Source of the DNA: a phage
Strand: one strand, 5' to 3'
Length of the DNA stretch: 64,000 bases
Assembly: GCA_036253495.1 (NCBI GenBank)
Contig: GCA_036253495.1_4125.1
Shown: piece by piece, positions 1-10,063 of the stretch
Numbering within the stretch: position 1 is the stretch's first letter
Layout of the letters: every line of letters starts with the position of its first letter
Program-made: the position numbers and the translations under genes
Notes under the pieces: generated by a model
What the model was told of the DNA's origin: nothing
Databases searched by the model: none
The model's input: the letters and a program-made list of their open reading frames with translations, nothing else

Positions 1-954
1 CCCGAATTTGATGTTCGTAATTTAGAACTATCAAAAATTTACTATTCAAACACACGTTTGAATATGTTAGATCTCATGAAAGATGAAATTCATTTTAAAA
101 ATATTCAGATTCGTGATTTACCAGTGCCCCCACTTGAGCGTGAATACGAAGCATGGAAAGAAGGTCGTCTTAAACCACGTCCAGAACTTGCAGTGGTTGA
201 AGTGCCAGCACCAATTGTTCTGACTAAAACACCAATTGATCCAGAAGATGAACGCATTGCGGATATCGAACAATGGATGGAATTTCCTGAAACTATTAAA
301 AAGGATTCTGTAAAAGTACTGGATTGGTTCGTAAACTTACCAGTATGTGCACAGGAAGTTGGTGTGAAGATTCAAAAAATTTCAGAGCGTCAATTGGACC
401 TTAATGATGCATTACATAAGCATAGTGATTATGTTAGAACATTAATGAATAACTTAACCACTGCACTTGAATCGTTATTCCCATTGAAACCAACATTTAC
501 ACAAAAACTGTTTGGTAAAGCTGATATAAAGGTTCAACAGGCCGATTTACCTAAAGTAATGAAAGCATTGAATGATGCAGTGAAATATGATACGAATAAG
601 TTTAGTGGTTTAACTTCATTGTTTAATGAAATTCGAACTGAAGTTCGTGATATTAAAGATGAATTAGAATACGGAAAAATTGGGTGTGAGTATGCTATTC
701 GTCGTTTGGATGATGCATTTGAATATGAACTGACTCTTGAACGTATCATGAAAATGAGCATTACCGCCGCAATGACTGAAGCTAGTATCGTTAATGTGAG
801 TAAACAGTATCAGATTGATATGAATAGAATGGTAGATATCCAAACTATTACTATTCCGTTGATTATCAATCGTTTACAGACACAAGTTGGAAAAGCAGTA
901 GACGCAGATACCGCCGCGATCATTCGCAACTTAGCTTACGGCGATAAAGAGTAA
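1..954 (+). CDS. hypothetical protein, 5' end truncated by window edge
   Basis: Frame 1 is open from position 1 to stop at 954; first ATG only at 64 with no RBS, so gene likely continues upstream. Confidence 0.5.
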   Translation, partial: PEFDVRNLELSKIYYSNTRLNMLDLMKDEIHFKNIQIRDLPVPPLEREYEAWKEGRLKPRPELAVVEVPAPIVLTKTPIDPEDERIADIEQWMEFPETIKKDSVKVLDWFVNLPVCAQEVGVKIQKISERQLDLNDALHKHSDYVRTLMNNLTTALESLFPLKPTFTQKLFGKADIKVQQADLPKVMKALNDAVKYDTNKFSGLTSLFNEIRTEVRDIKDELEYGKIGCEYAIRRLDDAFEYELTLERIMKMSITAAMTEASIVNVSKQYQIDMNRMVDIQTITIPLIINRLQTQVGKAVDADTAAIIRNLAYGDKE

Positions 955-963
955 AAATAGTTG

Positions 964-992
964 TTGACATAACTGTGTGTTGCTCGTATAAT
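964..992 (+). promoter_or_regulatory. sigma70-type promoter (TTGACA-17-TATAAT) with 8-bp inverted repeat flanking the -10
   Basis: TTGACA 964-969, TATAAT 987-992; inverted repeat GTGTTGCT 977-984 / AGCAACAC 1004-1011. Confidence 0.6.
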
Positions 993-1039
993 GTTTATCA
1001 CAGAGCAACACTATTTTAAATTAAATGAGGAATAACCTA

Positions 1040-2167
1040 ATGTCCGAGAAAGAAATCAATCCAAAAAAAGCAACTACCAAAACTTCTAAGCGTACTACGA
1101 CCAAAACCAAAGGTAATACTTTTGATGCGAGTGATATTTTCGACCAACAGTCTAAGACGTTACCAGTACTGAAAGATACAAAAGGTAACACTATGTCTTT
1201 AACTGTTCAGAACATTAACACCATTGGAACAACTGCTGGTGCAGGTGTCGGACGACTGGCTGATGAAATCATGTCAAAAGTGAACGTCACTGATGACAAT
1301 ACTGAATTTGGTAAATCAATTACCACAATTTTATCACTAACCCGTGCTGTTGATATTGACAGTCTACAAGATGATAAATCAATTGTAGGTTGGGTCAAAA
1401 AACTCTTTGTCAATGCAAAACAGAAAGTTGGTGATCAGTACAAGAATAGTAAAGAGCAGATTGATGAAATCATGAACACACTCCAGGTTGGTATCAATCG
1501 CCAACATAGTGAATGTGAGTGGTTGGATACTGCTTACAATGAGAATAAAGCCTATCTATTTGAATTACGCGATACGCTGGTTGAATTGGAACAAGTTACA
1601 AAAACTCAAGATGCTAAACTGGAAGAAATGCAAGCGAACCCTGATGTGGATTCTTTCGCAATCCAAGAGCAGAAGATGATTTGTGAAGCATTGTCTAAAC
1701 AGGAAGATAAGATTCGCCGTCTTATCATGATGTGTGAGCTTAGTGGCCCTCGTCTGATGAGTATGAAGAAAGTGAATCTAAACACTGTATCTAAATTTGA
1801 AGATCTGAAATCTGTTGTCATCCCTGCATGGAAATCACAACTAGCAGAACAATTGATTTCTGAACGCCAACGCAAAGATAATGAGTTGGGTAATTTGATT
1901 GATAATGAAACTAACCGTTTACTTGAAGTGAACTCCAAAATGGTAGCAACTAATATGTTAGATGCTGCTAAAGCTAATAACCGTGGTATTGTGGATATTA
2001 AAACATTGCGTAACGTACACAAAACAATGATCGATAGCATCGAAGCAGTACTGATTGAAGAGAAGAAAGGTAAGGAAGAACGTGAACGTGCTAAACATGA
2101 AATTGCACAGTTGTCCTACGAACTTGAAGAAACTCTTCGCGAAATTGCTGACAAAGCTAACAAGTAA
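1040..2167 (+). CDS. hypothetical protein, K/T-rich N-terminus, helical/coiled-coil rich
   Basis: GAGGAA RBS 8 nt upstream of ATG 1040; long ORF; function not recognised (TelA-like only a weak guess). Confidence 0.6.
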   Translation: MSEKEINPKKATTKTSKRTTTKTKGNTFDASDIFDQQSKTLPVLKDTKGNTMSLTVQNINTIGTTAGAGVGRLADEIMSKVNVTDDNTEFGKSITTILSLTRAVDIDSLQDDKSIVGWVKKLFVNAKQKVGDQYKNSKEQIDEIMNTLQVGINRQHSECEWLDTAYNENKAYLFELRDTLVELEQVTKTQDAKLEEMQANPDVDSFAIQEQKMICEALSKQEDKIRRLIMMCELSGPRLMSMKKVNLNTVSKFEDLKSVVIPAWKSQLAEQLISERQRKDNELGNLIDNETNRLLEVNSKMVATNMLDAAKANNRGIVDIKTLRNVHKTMIDSIEAVLIEEKKGKEERERAKHEIAQLSYELEETLREIADKANK

Positions 2168-2170
2168 TAG

Positions 2171-2199
2171 TTGACATATAGATGTGCCCATTGTATAAT
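2171..2199 (+). promoter_or_regulatory. sigma70-type promoter with 9-bp perfect inverted repeat embracing the -10
   Basis: TTGACA 2171-2176, TATAAT 2194-2199; inverted repeat ATGTGCCCA 2182-2190 / TGGGCACAT 2199-2207. Confidence 0.6.
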
Positions 2200-2232
2200 G
2201 GGCACATATTTTATTAATTATCTAAGGATAAT

Positions 2233-2934
2233 ATGATGGCAGATAAAGTTACACACTATGCAGTTGATATTGAATCTTTCGGAACTCCAGAACGTAGTGG
2301 TTATGATATTATCATTCCAAATTACGCAATTGTTTTAGTTCCAACTAACCCAATGAAAGATATCTCACGTTATGCATATGTTAAACTACCATTCCAAAAA
2401 CAAATTGATGCTGGTCTTAAAGTTGATGCAGGTTCAATGAACTTTTGGATGAATATGTGTCAAAATGATCATAAAGGTGCATATGAAGAAGTAGTTAGTA
2501 CACTCACGTTGTCAGAACCTGAGATTATTTCCGGTAGTCAAAACAATTTGTATAAAACAAAAAATGTACTTGATTTGTGGAATGCACTTCGTTATGATCT
2601 TAATGGAAATGAGAACAATATTGAAATTTGGGGTAATGGCTGTCACTTCGATTGTAGTATTCTTCAAGCAAACCATCGTAAAATGTTTGGTGTGGGCGAA
2701 TTGTGGAAATACAATGCACCACAGAATGCCCGAAGTGTTAAGAATCGCCTAACTGAAGATGAAAAATTTGACATGGATTCCATTGTTGATGTACAATTGA
2801 AAAAGTTTGTGGAGATGGTTGCTGATCATGGTCTTTATGGTCTAGAACTTCACCACCCATTATTCGATGCAGCACGTGAAGCTATCCAGGTTTCATATTG
2901 CTTAAATGCAATCAACGAACGCGGAAACTATTAA
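2233..2934 (+). CDS. DEDDh-type 3'-5' exonuclease (DnaQ-like; comparable to T4 DexA)
   Basis: Exo motifs: D-x-E in YAVDIES, FD in GNGCHFDCS, H-x4-D in HHPLFDAA; 233 aa. Confidence 0.7.
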   Translation: MMADKVTHYAVDIESFGTPERSGYDIIIPNYAIVLVPTNPMKDISRYAYVKLPFQKQIDAGLKVDAGSMNFWMNMCQNDHKGAYEEVVSTLTLSEPEIISGSQNNLYKTKNVLDLWNALRYDLNGNENNIEIWGNGCHFDCSILQANHRKMFGVGELWKYNAPQNARSVKNRLTEDEKFDMDSIVDVQLKKFVEMVADHGLYGLELHHPLFDAAREAIQVSYCLNAINERGNY

Positions 2935-2944
2935 AGGTAACACA

Positions 2945-4042
2945 ATGAACTTAGCAATTCTTCTAATACCAAGTTTGATAGTTGTTCTAATCATGAAGTT
3001 CAAATACCATACTGCCATAACAACAAAGGAATTGCTAATTCATACTGGAATTTGCTTTCTTGCAGCGGTGTTGGTATTGGGAACATCATACTTGATAAAC
3101 TACAGCCAACTTCGTGATGTTGAAATTCTAAATGGTCAGGTTACAGAGAAATACAGCCAACGTGAGAACTGCACATCACAATCAAGTTCTTGTAAACACT
3201 ATACTTGGCATGAGCGTTGCTGGACTACCTATGATTCTAAAGGTCGCTCACAACGTGAATGTGAATCTTATAAGGTATTCGACTATCCGTATGAGATTGA
3301 TTGGTACGTTAAAAGCACTGTTGGTAAGTTTGAGATTGAAAGGGTCAATAGACAAGGAACACAAACTCCACCACGCTGGCAAGAAGTGAAAATTGGTGAT
3401 TATGCAGCAGCAGAAAACACATACATAAATTATCTATTTGCAGATAAACACTCATTATTCAGTACTGAAGATTTGATTTCTATGTATGATAAAGAATATC
3501 TGGAATCTTTACCTGAATATCCAAGTATTAGTGATTATTATAAAACACACCACGTTATTAATAAAACTGATTACGATGTGAGTGGGTATGATGAATATTT
3601 ACGTGAAGTGTTAAAAACATTAGGTGCACAAAAGCAAGTAAACATTCAAGTACTAGTATATGATTATCATGACGTGAATTTTGTTGATGCAGTAACCTCA
3701 ATCTGGCGTGGTGGCAAGAAGAACGATGTTATTATGTTCTTTGGTATCAGTAATGATGGTGTCGTTAAATCATTCAATAGTACGTCATTCGCTAAAGGTA
3801 TGAATAATGAAGAATTGCATTCTAAAATGCGAATGGATGCGTTAAATGAAGTATTAACACTTGACTTACTTAAAGTTCAGGTTCATAATATACAGACTAA
3901 GTTTGAACGTCTGTCTAATAAAGAGTTTGAATACATGGCAGTTAAAATGGAACCACGAAAAGATGTTATGATTGCTGCATCGTTGATTCTCATTGTACTG
4001 TCGATTGTTGTTGGTCTTTATATGAAGGAAAATAATGTATGA
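2945..4042 (+). CDS. membrane protein (hydrophobic helices at both termini)
   Basis: ORF from ATG 2945 with AAAGG RBS; N- and C-terminal hydrophobic segments. Confidence 0.55.
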   Translation: MNLAILLIPSLIVVLIMKFKYHTAITTKELLIHTGICFLAAVLVLGTSYLINYSQLRDVEILNGQVTEKYSQRENCTSQSSSCKHYTWHERCWTTYDSKGRSQRECESYKVFDYPYEIDWYVKSTVGKFEIERVNRQGTQTPPRWQEVKIGDYAAAENTYINYLFADKHSLFSTEDLISMYDKEYLESLPEYPSISDYYKTHHVINKTDYDVSGYDEYLREVLKTLGAQKQVNIQVLVYDYHDVNFVDAVTSIWRGGKKNDVIMFFGISNDGVVKSFNSTSFAKGMNNEELHSKMRMDALNEVLTLDLLKVQVHNIQTKFERLSNKEFEYMAVKMEPRKDVMIAASLILIVLSIVVGLYMKENNV

Positions 4043-4593
4043 ATAAGCCTCTGATTTTGTTGGTTGGTGTGTTGGTGATTTTTGTTATTGGTGTGTTTGC
4101 AACTGTAAGTATGTATAGTTCAGCACATGATAGTGCAGTGAATTTTGAAGGTAATATTAAAAAGTACTACGATGCATCTGAAAGTCAACTGAGCAGTTAT
4201 ACACTAACTATTCAAGAAAAGGTTCAAGTATCGGACAAATATAAGGATGCATTGAAAGAGACAATCGAAGCGTACTTTAAGGGACGTGAAGGAGTTGATC
4301 AGAAATTTGTAATGTCACAGATTCAACAGCAAGTTCCAAATCTTGATCCTAAGATTTATCAAGAGTTGATGGTTACAATTGATGCAGGGCGTGAGAAGTT
4401 CAATAACTTGCAGAAAATGAAAATTGAACAATGTACTGATTATGAGAAATTCCGCAAAGGATTCTGGAACTCCAAAATCATCGATTCTAATACATTCCCA
4501 AGTAAAGATATTGAACATTTGTGTACTGTCGTTTCTGATACTCGCACTAAGAAAGCAATGGAAACTGGTATTCAGGAAGTAATTAAATTGTAA
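4039..4593 (+). CDS. membrane-anchored hypothetical protein
   Basis: ATGA start/stop overlap with upstream gene; N-terminal TM helix; LemA-like only a weak impression. Confidence 0.55.
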   Translation: MNKPLILLVGVLVIFVIGVFATVSMYSSAHDSAVNFEGNIKKYYDASESQLSSYTLTIQEKVQVSDKYKDALKETIEAYFKGREGVDQKFVMSQIQQQVPNLDPKIYQELMVTIDAGREKFNNLQKMKIEQCTDYEKFRKGFWNSKIIDSNTFPSKDIEHLCTVVSDTRTKKAMETGIQEVIKL

Positions 4594-4600
4594 GTATTTG

Positions 4601-4627
4601 GGGAGTACATTATTGTACTCCCTTTTT
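4601..4627 (+). terminator. intrinsic terminator hairpin GGGAGTACA-TTAT-TGTACTCCC plus T-run
   Basis: Perfect 9-bp stem 4601-4609/4614-4622 followed by TTTTT. Confidence 0.6.
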
Positions 4628-4644
4628 AATAGGATATATAAACT

Positions 4645-5226
4645 ATGTTTTATAATGAAACTCTTAAGTTGTTCGAGCGTATAGCAGAAATCAAAAAGCG
4701 TGCATATGATAATATAATTCTTCCTTATAGTTTTGAATCAGATACTATAATTTTTAAAATGAAACATCATGCTCGTCATTATGAATTTATTTTAGGGATA
4801 AAAGAACCTAAAATTGAATCCAATGTTCCAAATATATCATCATCTATCGCAGTTCCAAGCGGTGTAAATATTACCCACGGTCATCCAATGACAATTGCGG
4901 CAACTTCATCCAATACGATTATTGAGCGTTATATTAAAGTTTGTACAACAACAGCTATGCAAAATATCATATCAGTTGAGTGGAGTGAACTACCAAGTAA
5001 GTTCATTTACTTCACCAATAGTAATGGTACAACGCCTGAGAAAGAATATATGGGTAATAAGATTATGTCAGCTATGATTCTACATGAAAAAACGCTTATC
5101 AATGGTGAAATATATTCATTAGAAGACAATCCAGATGCATTTATTAAAGACATTGAGGGTTCCAATAAATTTAGTATTTTAGAAGTATTAAATCTTGAAA
5201 AGGATTATAAACATGCAATACGATAA
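4645..5226 (+). CDS. hypothetical protein
   Basis: ORF with ATG 4645 downstream of terminator. Confidence 0.5.
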   Translation: MFYNETLKLFERIAEIKKRAYDNIILPYSFESDTIIFKMKHHARHYEFILGIKEPKIESNVPNISSSIAVPSGVNITHGHPMTIAATSSNTIIERYIKVCTTTAMQNIISVEWSELPSKFIYFTNSNGTTPEKEYMGNKIMSAMILHEKTLINGEIYSLEDNPDAFIKDIEGSNKFSILEVLNLEKDYKHAIR

Positions 5227-5743
5227 TAAAGATCTACCATATCTCCCCGATCTGGAAAGAGGTGTTAATGAGTTCGTTCAGGTAATATCAGAGTGGGATG
5301 TATCAGTATTTTCATATAATCGTAAGAAGGATTTCGAATATAAAGGCGTTCATTTTTTTATCACGGATAATTTAATAACCCTGCAATCTAAAATAGAAAT
5401 GTTTGGATCTTTAGACCCCATATATCGTCAGCCATATTCTGATCCATACAAAGAAAATATTGCAAGAATGTTTGAAAATAGAACAAGACAATATACCCGA
5501 AATTATTTTGGCACTTTCGATTTCACTAAAAAAGGTACATTGGTTGGATATACCATATCAACAGAATCTTTCACATCTATACATAGTGTGATTCTTGGTG
5601 AGAAAAAAATGTTAGTTAATAATGAATATTGGTTAGACCGTGAAAATTTTCATGAATATGCATTTCAGCATTCTGTAGCAAATCCAAAAGAACCATTTGA
5701 TGTGTTCTTTATTTCTAATGTATTAAGAATGTTAGGAGAATAA
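5213..5743 (+). CDS. hypothetical protein
   Basis: In-frame ATG 5213 with AAAGGAT RBS; short overlap with upstream gene end. Confidence 0.5.
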   Translation: MQYDNKDLPYLPDLERGVNEFVQVISEWDVSVFSYNRKKDFEYKGVHFFITDNLITLQSKIEMFGSLDPIYRQPYSDPYKENIARMFENRTRQYTRNYFGTFDFTKKGTLVGYTISTESFTSIHSVILGEKKMLVNNEYWLDRENFHEYAFQHSVANPKEPFDVFFISNVLRMLGE

Positions 5744-5744
5744 T

Positions 5745-6098
5745 ATGTTGATTTACTTATGTGTGCTTTTGGTTTCATTGGTTGTAGCAGTATTAGTACT
5801 GAAAACTATTTCAACTATTCGTTCTAAAATTGATAAACATCAAGAAAATTCTGTTATCGATTTAGTTATGGATTTTCCTAAAATCAGTGCAGCCGTTGTT
5901 TTTGTTGTTATGTTATTTGGAACATACTGCGTAAAAGGCTACCTCTATGGTATGTATGATTGTAGCGTTCGTTCATATTCACAAGGTGTTGAAACTGACT
6001 ATAGCTGGTACTATGGTAAGTGTCGTTTTAAAAATGAACATGGTATTTGGGTAGATTTTGATAAACTACGCGGAACACCATCAGGTGATGAAGAATAA
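5745..6098 (+). CDS. small membrane protein
   Basis: AGGAGA RBS; two hydrophobic segments. Confidence 0.5.
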   Translation: MLIYLCVLLVSLVVAVLVLKTISTIRSKIDKHQENSVIDLVMDFPKISAAVVFVVMLFGTYCVKGYLYGMYDCSVRSYSQGVETDYSWYYGKCRFKNEHGIWVDFDKLRGTPSGDEE

Positions 6099-6592
6099 TG
6101 TTTGAATTTCCTGATGAACAACCAAAAAACTACATTGACTGTACTGAAGATGGATACACGCATATCAATATCTACAGTAAAGGGAAAACTAAGCTAGGGA
6201 GAGATTTATCTAATTTTTCTCCCCATAGCTTTACACTAGAACCATATGGATGGTTTCCTTCGGTTGAGTCTTTTTATTTCTGGTTCCTCACTGGACAACA
6301 GCATGAAGAACTTAGAAAGGTATCAGGAGCCGCAGCGAAAGCCGCTGCAAACAAATATATGCATGACCGTATAGAGATGACACCTGAGCGATTAAATGTA
6401 ATCCAGGATGCGATATGTGCTAAAATAATGCAGAATCCTGAACTTGCTGAACGATTGCGTAAAAGTACTCTGAAGTTTGAGCATTATTATTTGTATGGTG
6501 GTAAGATTATTGATGTTAGTGATGACCACCGTTGGTTTGTTCAGACCTTTGAGGATATCAGAACAGTACTGAAGGAGATGAATAATGGATAA
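6098..6592 (+). CDS. NADAR (YbiA-like) domain protein
   Basis: Motifs NIYSK, LSNFSP, WFPSVESFYFWF, ELRKVSGAAAKAAANKYM align to YbiA-type pattern as I recall it. Confidence 0.65.
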   Translation: MFEFPDEQPKNYIDCTEDGYTHINIYSKGKTKLGRDLSNFSPHSFTLEPYGWFPSVESFYFWFLTGQQHEELRKVSGAAAKAAANKYMHDRIEMTPERLNVIQDAICAKIMQNPELAERLRKSTLKFEHYYLYGGKIIDVSDDHRWFVQTFEDIRTVLKEMNNG

Positions 6593-6860
6593 AGTGAAAA
6601 TTTGTTGTCTTGAATGTGAGATGTTTGTCACTCCGTCTGATACAATGTTGACAATAGAGGAACAAGTCTTTCCATTAAGAGGTGGCTATATAAAATTACC
6701 AACACCATTTTATAGTACATCTTGTTCAATATGTGGTAATGAACTTGTTCTTCATGAGTTGAATTGCGTTAATATTATGGTTGTAAATGCAATTAGTTCG
6801 TATGCAAAAGAATTGGTTAGAAATGACAGTTCATTTGCACATTTATGGGGTTTCAACTGA
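6585..6860 (+). CDS. hypothetical Zn-ribbon protein (CxxC...CxxC)
   Basis: ORF with CCLEC and CSICG motifs. Confidence 0.5.
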   Translation: MDKVKICCLECEMFVTPSDTMLTIEEQVFPLRGGYIKLPTPFYSTSCSICGNELVLHELNCVNIMVVNAISSYAKELVRNDSSFAHLWGFN

Positions 6861-6861
6861 T

Positions 6862-7134
6862 ATGAATCATTCAAGAACTTGTTGGATATGTTACAATAAG
6901 GATGTAGATCATACTCTTGAACTTGAATATATGGAGATGAACTATGCAACAGACGTAAGATCATTTTCTGCTGGTCGTGTTATAATAAAAACACCACAAT
7001 ATCAGTGTTTGTGTTCAGTGTGTGGTGGGAATGGTGTATATCGCAATGAGGTTCAAATGGTAAATGATGCTATTGAGCTTTATTTTGGACAATATGTTTT
7101 GGATTTATATAAAAATGAACAAACTAACATTTGA
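6862..7134 (+). CDS. hypothetical Zn-ribbon protein
   Basis: ATG 6862; CWIC and CSVCGG motifs; likely paralog of upstream gene. Confidence 0.45.
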   Translation: MNHSRTCWICYNKDVDHTLELEYMEMNYATDVRSFSAGRVIIKTPQYQCLCSVCGGNGVYRNEVQMVNDAIELYFGQYVLDLYKNEQTNI

Positions 7135-7345
7135 TGCAACCCCAATAAATGAACTTTTAGTGCCAAGTGAAGGAAGCACTGTTAAAATGAACATGTACTG
7201 GATTGTCAAAGATGGAAACGTATTCAGACATAAAATAACAAAAGTATGGCAATGTAACAAAAATGAAAGTATTGTTAAGATGATAGCTGATACTGTAGAT
7301 GGTGCTGAAGTTGTTTTTATGCCGTATGCATATATTAAGGAATAA
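7115..7345 (+). CDS. hypothetical protein
   Basis: ORF, start uncertain. Confidence 0.4.
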   Translation: MNKLTFDATPINELLVPSEGSTVKMNMYWIVKDGNVFRHKITKVWQCNKNESIVKMIADTVDGAEVVFMPYAYIKE

Positions 7346-7510
7346 ACATGAAAAAAGAGTTGACAATATTCGTCATTCCAACTATAATGTTGATATTGGC
7401 TCTGGTGTTCCCACAATCACATGTGGTTATGCTTAACATCATAGAACTAATTTTATTGGTAATACACTGTATTGTCTGTTACTATTACATTAACAGTAAT
7501 GAGGATCGTG

Positions 7511-7933
7511 ATGAAGTATTATAAAATTCGTATCATTACCAGTTCAGGGGCATCAGCGTGGATTTTTTATGATCTTCCAGATTCATATACCATCGATGAT
7601 GTAAAAGATTTATACTACGAAGATAACAATTGGGTTTTTGATTTAGAATCCAAAAGTGTAGAGATTGATGAGATTACTGAACAAGAATACAAGATTGGCA
7701 CACAAGCTATGAAGTACTTTGAACGTAATCTTAAAATGTTACAGGAAAATGTGTTCCCTGTAAAAGAATGGGCAATTCTCCTTGCTAATTCCAATAAACC
7801 TGTTAGAATTGGTTATCCAAACTTTCATATGGTATATCGTATGAATGAAAATCGTGAATTGAGTTATCAATTTGATTACGATGCTGCTAAGTTTGGTGTT
7901 CTGAAATCGTTTGAAAAGGCATATCCAGTATGA
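7511..7933 (+). CDS. hypothetical protein
   Basis: ATG 7511 with GAGGA RBS. Confidence 0.5.
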   Translation: MKYYKIRIITSSGASAWIFYDLPDSYTIDDVKDLYYEDNNWVFDLESKSVEIDEITEQEYKIGTQAMKYFERNLKMLQENVFPVKEWAILLANSNKPVRIGYPNFHMVYRMNENRELSYQFDYDAAKFGVLKSFEKAYPV

Positions 7934-8265
7934 GTAAAGATAGCAAAGAGTTTATGTTGCGTTGTACTTGTGGTGATAAAAATGAACATTGTGTTCACAT
8001 TGCACAATTTGACTTGACAGAAGAACACGGTGATGATAAACTTGGTCAATGTACAGTCAGTATGCGTTTGAATCCTTTTCTTAAATGGTACAAGCGTGTA
8101 TGGGTTGCAGTGAAGTATGTTTTTGGTCGCAATGACTTTCATTACGTAGAAGCTGAAATTGATGTTGACATTCTTAAAGAAGTTGTGTTACAATTAGATG
8201 ATACACGAACTGATGAGGAAAAGAAAGACGCACGAGATAAACGTACTGATGTGAAGGTTTTATGA
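7930..8265 (+). CDS. hypothetical protein
   Basis: ATGA overlap with upstream gene. Confidence 0.5.
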   Translation: MSKDSKEFMLRCTCGDKNEHCVHIAQFDLTEEHGDDKLGQCTVSMRLNPFLKWYKRVWVAVKYVFGRNDFHYVEAEIDVDILKEVVLQLDDTRTDEEKKDARDKRTDVKVL

Positions 8266-8456
8266 ACGTCGAGTTGATTGAAAAAAAGTACTGTACAAAT
8301 TGCAATACAGCGTATACAATACAAGGTATGTTAGTTTGTACAACATGTCAGGCAACAGAAACAGCAACATTTTTGGTTGATGACCGATTCAGTGATTTGA
8401 AACAATTCAAAGCTAATCGCAATCTCCGTAACTTTAGTGATATGAATAAGGAATGA
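8262..8456 (+). CDS. hypothetical Zn-ribbon protein
   Basis: ATGA overlap; CTNC...CTTC motifs. Confidence 0.45.
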   Translation: MNVELIEKKYCTNCNTAYTIQGMLVCTTCQATETATFLVDDRFSDLKQFKANRNLRNFSDMNKE

Positions 8457-8458
8457 AT

Positions 8459-8890
8459 ATGAATCTTGAACAAGTAATCCGTAACAACCCATTCTTCGCA
8501 GAAAACCCTTCTCGTGTAATTGAAGCGATTAAAGTTGAAGAGCTAATGATTACCGTCAAATATAAAGAAGAAGGTGATGAAATTAGTAGCGTAGTATGTG
8601 CTCTTCGTGCACCTTTCCGTAAAGAAGCAGCTAAGAAACCAGCATATGTACTATCTATCTGCTTGGGTTGTGTAGTTAAACTGGTTGTTGATGAAAATAG
8701 TTTCAACATCAAGGTTGCACCAACTAATGATGATGAGAATGTTGATCTCAACTTTGATGGTGGGTTGCCAGAAGAAGAATTCTTCCAACAGTCACTTGTT
8801 GTAGATTTCCGTTCAGTAACTTATGACCATATCAAACTAATCAATGAAATGGTTGATATCGTCGCTAAGTTCGAAGAAGAAACCGCATAA
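8459..8890 (+). CDS. FQ-motif paralog family protein
   Basis: C-terminal PEEEFFQQSLVVDF...TYDHI module. Confidence 0.6.
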   Translation: MNLEQVIRNNPFFAENPSRVIEAIKVEELMITVKYKEEGDEISSVVCALRAPFRKEAAKKPAYVLSICLGCVVKLVVDENSFNIKVAPTNDDENVDLNFDGGLPEEEFFQQSLVVDFRSVTYDHIKLINEMVDIVAKFEEETA

Positions 8891-8903
8891 TATAAAAAGA
8901 AAT

Positions 8904-8930
8904 AAGGCTCTCAATCGGGAGCCTTATATT
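8904..8930 (+). terminator. candidate intrinsic terminator
   Basis: Stem AAGGCTC / GAGCCTT followed by T-rich tract. Confidence 0.4.
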
Positions 8931-8967
8931 CATTTGTTAAATAAGACAAAGTAAAGGAGTACTTAAT

Positions 8968-9519
8968 ATGATCGAACAAATTCAAAAATTCACGAACCAA
9001 ATTGTAAATTTCCTAGCAGATAAAGAAGGATTCAGTACTGAAGTTACACATCACGGTGTTAACCTTAACGTTACTGCACCAAGCGGTGATGTAACGTCAT
9101 ATGACATGTATGAGTTATTGCTTTATACAATGGCAGTACGCAAAATAGGTTCTGATATAGAGCTAAACATCAATACTGATGACAAAGGGAACAATATTTT
9201 TGCTATTAATACGGATGCTAAACTTGATGTAATTGCAGAAATTCAAAAAATTAACGAGTCATTTATTAATTTCCAACATGATACGATACAATCCGTTTTT
9301 ATTGGTCATCAAACATCTGAAAGTGTTTGCCCTTTTTGTGTAATGACTCTCTATAAGAATGGTAATTGGATGCGTCATGATTTGGCTAAAGCTGAAGTTC
9401 TTTATGCCATTACACATGGTATGAAACTTGAACTAGATGACAGTGCTTTTGTCTTTAAGAAACTAAGAAAATTAACACTAGATGTTCAGACTAAATTAAA
9501 AGAGCTTAATGATAAATAA
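8968..9519 (+). CDS. hypothetical protein
   Basis: AAAGGAG RBS upstream of ATG 8968. Confidence 0.55.
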   Translation: MIEQIQKFTNQIVNFLADKEGFSTEVTHHGVNLNVTAPSGDVTSYDMYELLLYTMAVRKIGSDIELNINTDDKGNNIFAINTDAKLDVIAEIQKINESFINFQHDTIQSVFIGHQTSESVCPFCVMTLYKNGNWMRHDLAKAEVLYAITHGMKLELDDSAFVFKKLRKLTLDVQTKLKELNDK

Positions 9520-9629
9520 TTATGCCAGTAATGGCTAACATATTATTATGTTATTTTTCCTCCCTTCTATAATAAAATTAATTTATTATATTTTCCATTT
9601 CTTATTGTACATTTTATATCTTTTCGTAC

Positions 9630-9652
9630 TGCCCCTCCCAGGGGCATTTTTT
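9630..9652 (+). terminator. intrinsic terminator
   Basis: Stem TGCCCC / GGGGCA followed by TTTTTT. Confidence 0.55.
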
Positions 9653-9667
9653 ATATTAGGATAAAGT

Positions 9668-10063
9668 ATGTTAGGTAGTAGAATAGGCAGCATCGTCACA
9701 ATTAAACTTTCTTATTATCTAAATGATTTTTCAAAGATCGATTTATCAAAATATCAGCAATCATCATTCTATTATGAATCATCTGAGCATAAATTTTCTA
9801 TCAGCAAAGAACCGGTAAAACTAAAGTATCAGGGGGTTGCAGAAAAGAATGAATTCGTGTATGATTATGGTATGGACAAAATTGTATTCACTGAATATAC
9901 TAAGGGTACAAGACCTACATGGAAAGCGGATTATCATAGAAAATCATTCATCAATATACATAAGTATCTTGATGAAGAGCATTACTTTCAACAGTTGCTT
10001 TTGGAGGATTTACCATTCACTATTGATGATCTAAAAACATTATTTAAGTACTATGCGATATAG
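9668..10063 (+). CDS. FQ-motif paralog family protein
   Basis: C-terminal EEHYFQQLLLEDL...TIDDL module. Confidence 0.55.
   Translation: MLGSRIGSIVTIKLSYYLNDFSKIDLSKYQQSSFYYESSEHKFSISKEPVKLKYQGVAEKNEFVYDYGMDKIVFTEYTKGTRPTWKADYHRKSFINIHKYLDEEHYFQQLLLEDLPFTIDDLKTLFKYYAI

Noticed and set aside
534-761. Minus-strand track ORFs lying inside + strand genes (for example 534..761, 1207..1413, 1606..2040, 13530..14129, 54470..54901, 54935..55300, 55772..55981)
   Set aside because: They overlap longer + strand ORFs that have RBSs and recognisable motifs, lack their own RBS, and have low-complexity or Cys-rich composition typical of shadow ORFs.
1-2167. Assigning the first two ORFs as rIIA C-terminus and rIIB
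   Set aside because: Only positional analogy to T4-like genome starts; I could not match any sequence motif, and the neighbouring gene content does not fit T4 synteny.
2564-2752. Short + strand ORFs in alternative frames inside longer genes (for example 2564..2752, 3132..3389, 4895..5077, 9837..10034, 21905..22129, 37057..37239, 45235..45423, 47755..47940, 52731..52922)
   Set aside because: Fully nested within better-supported genes in another frame; no independent start signals.
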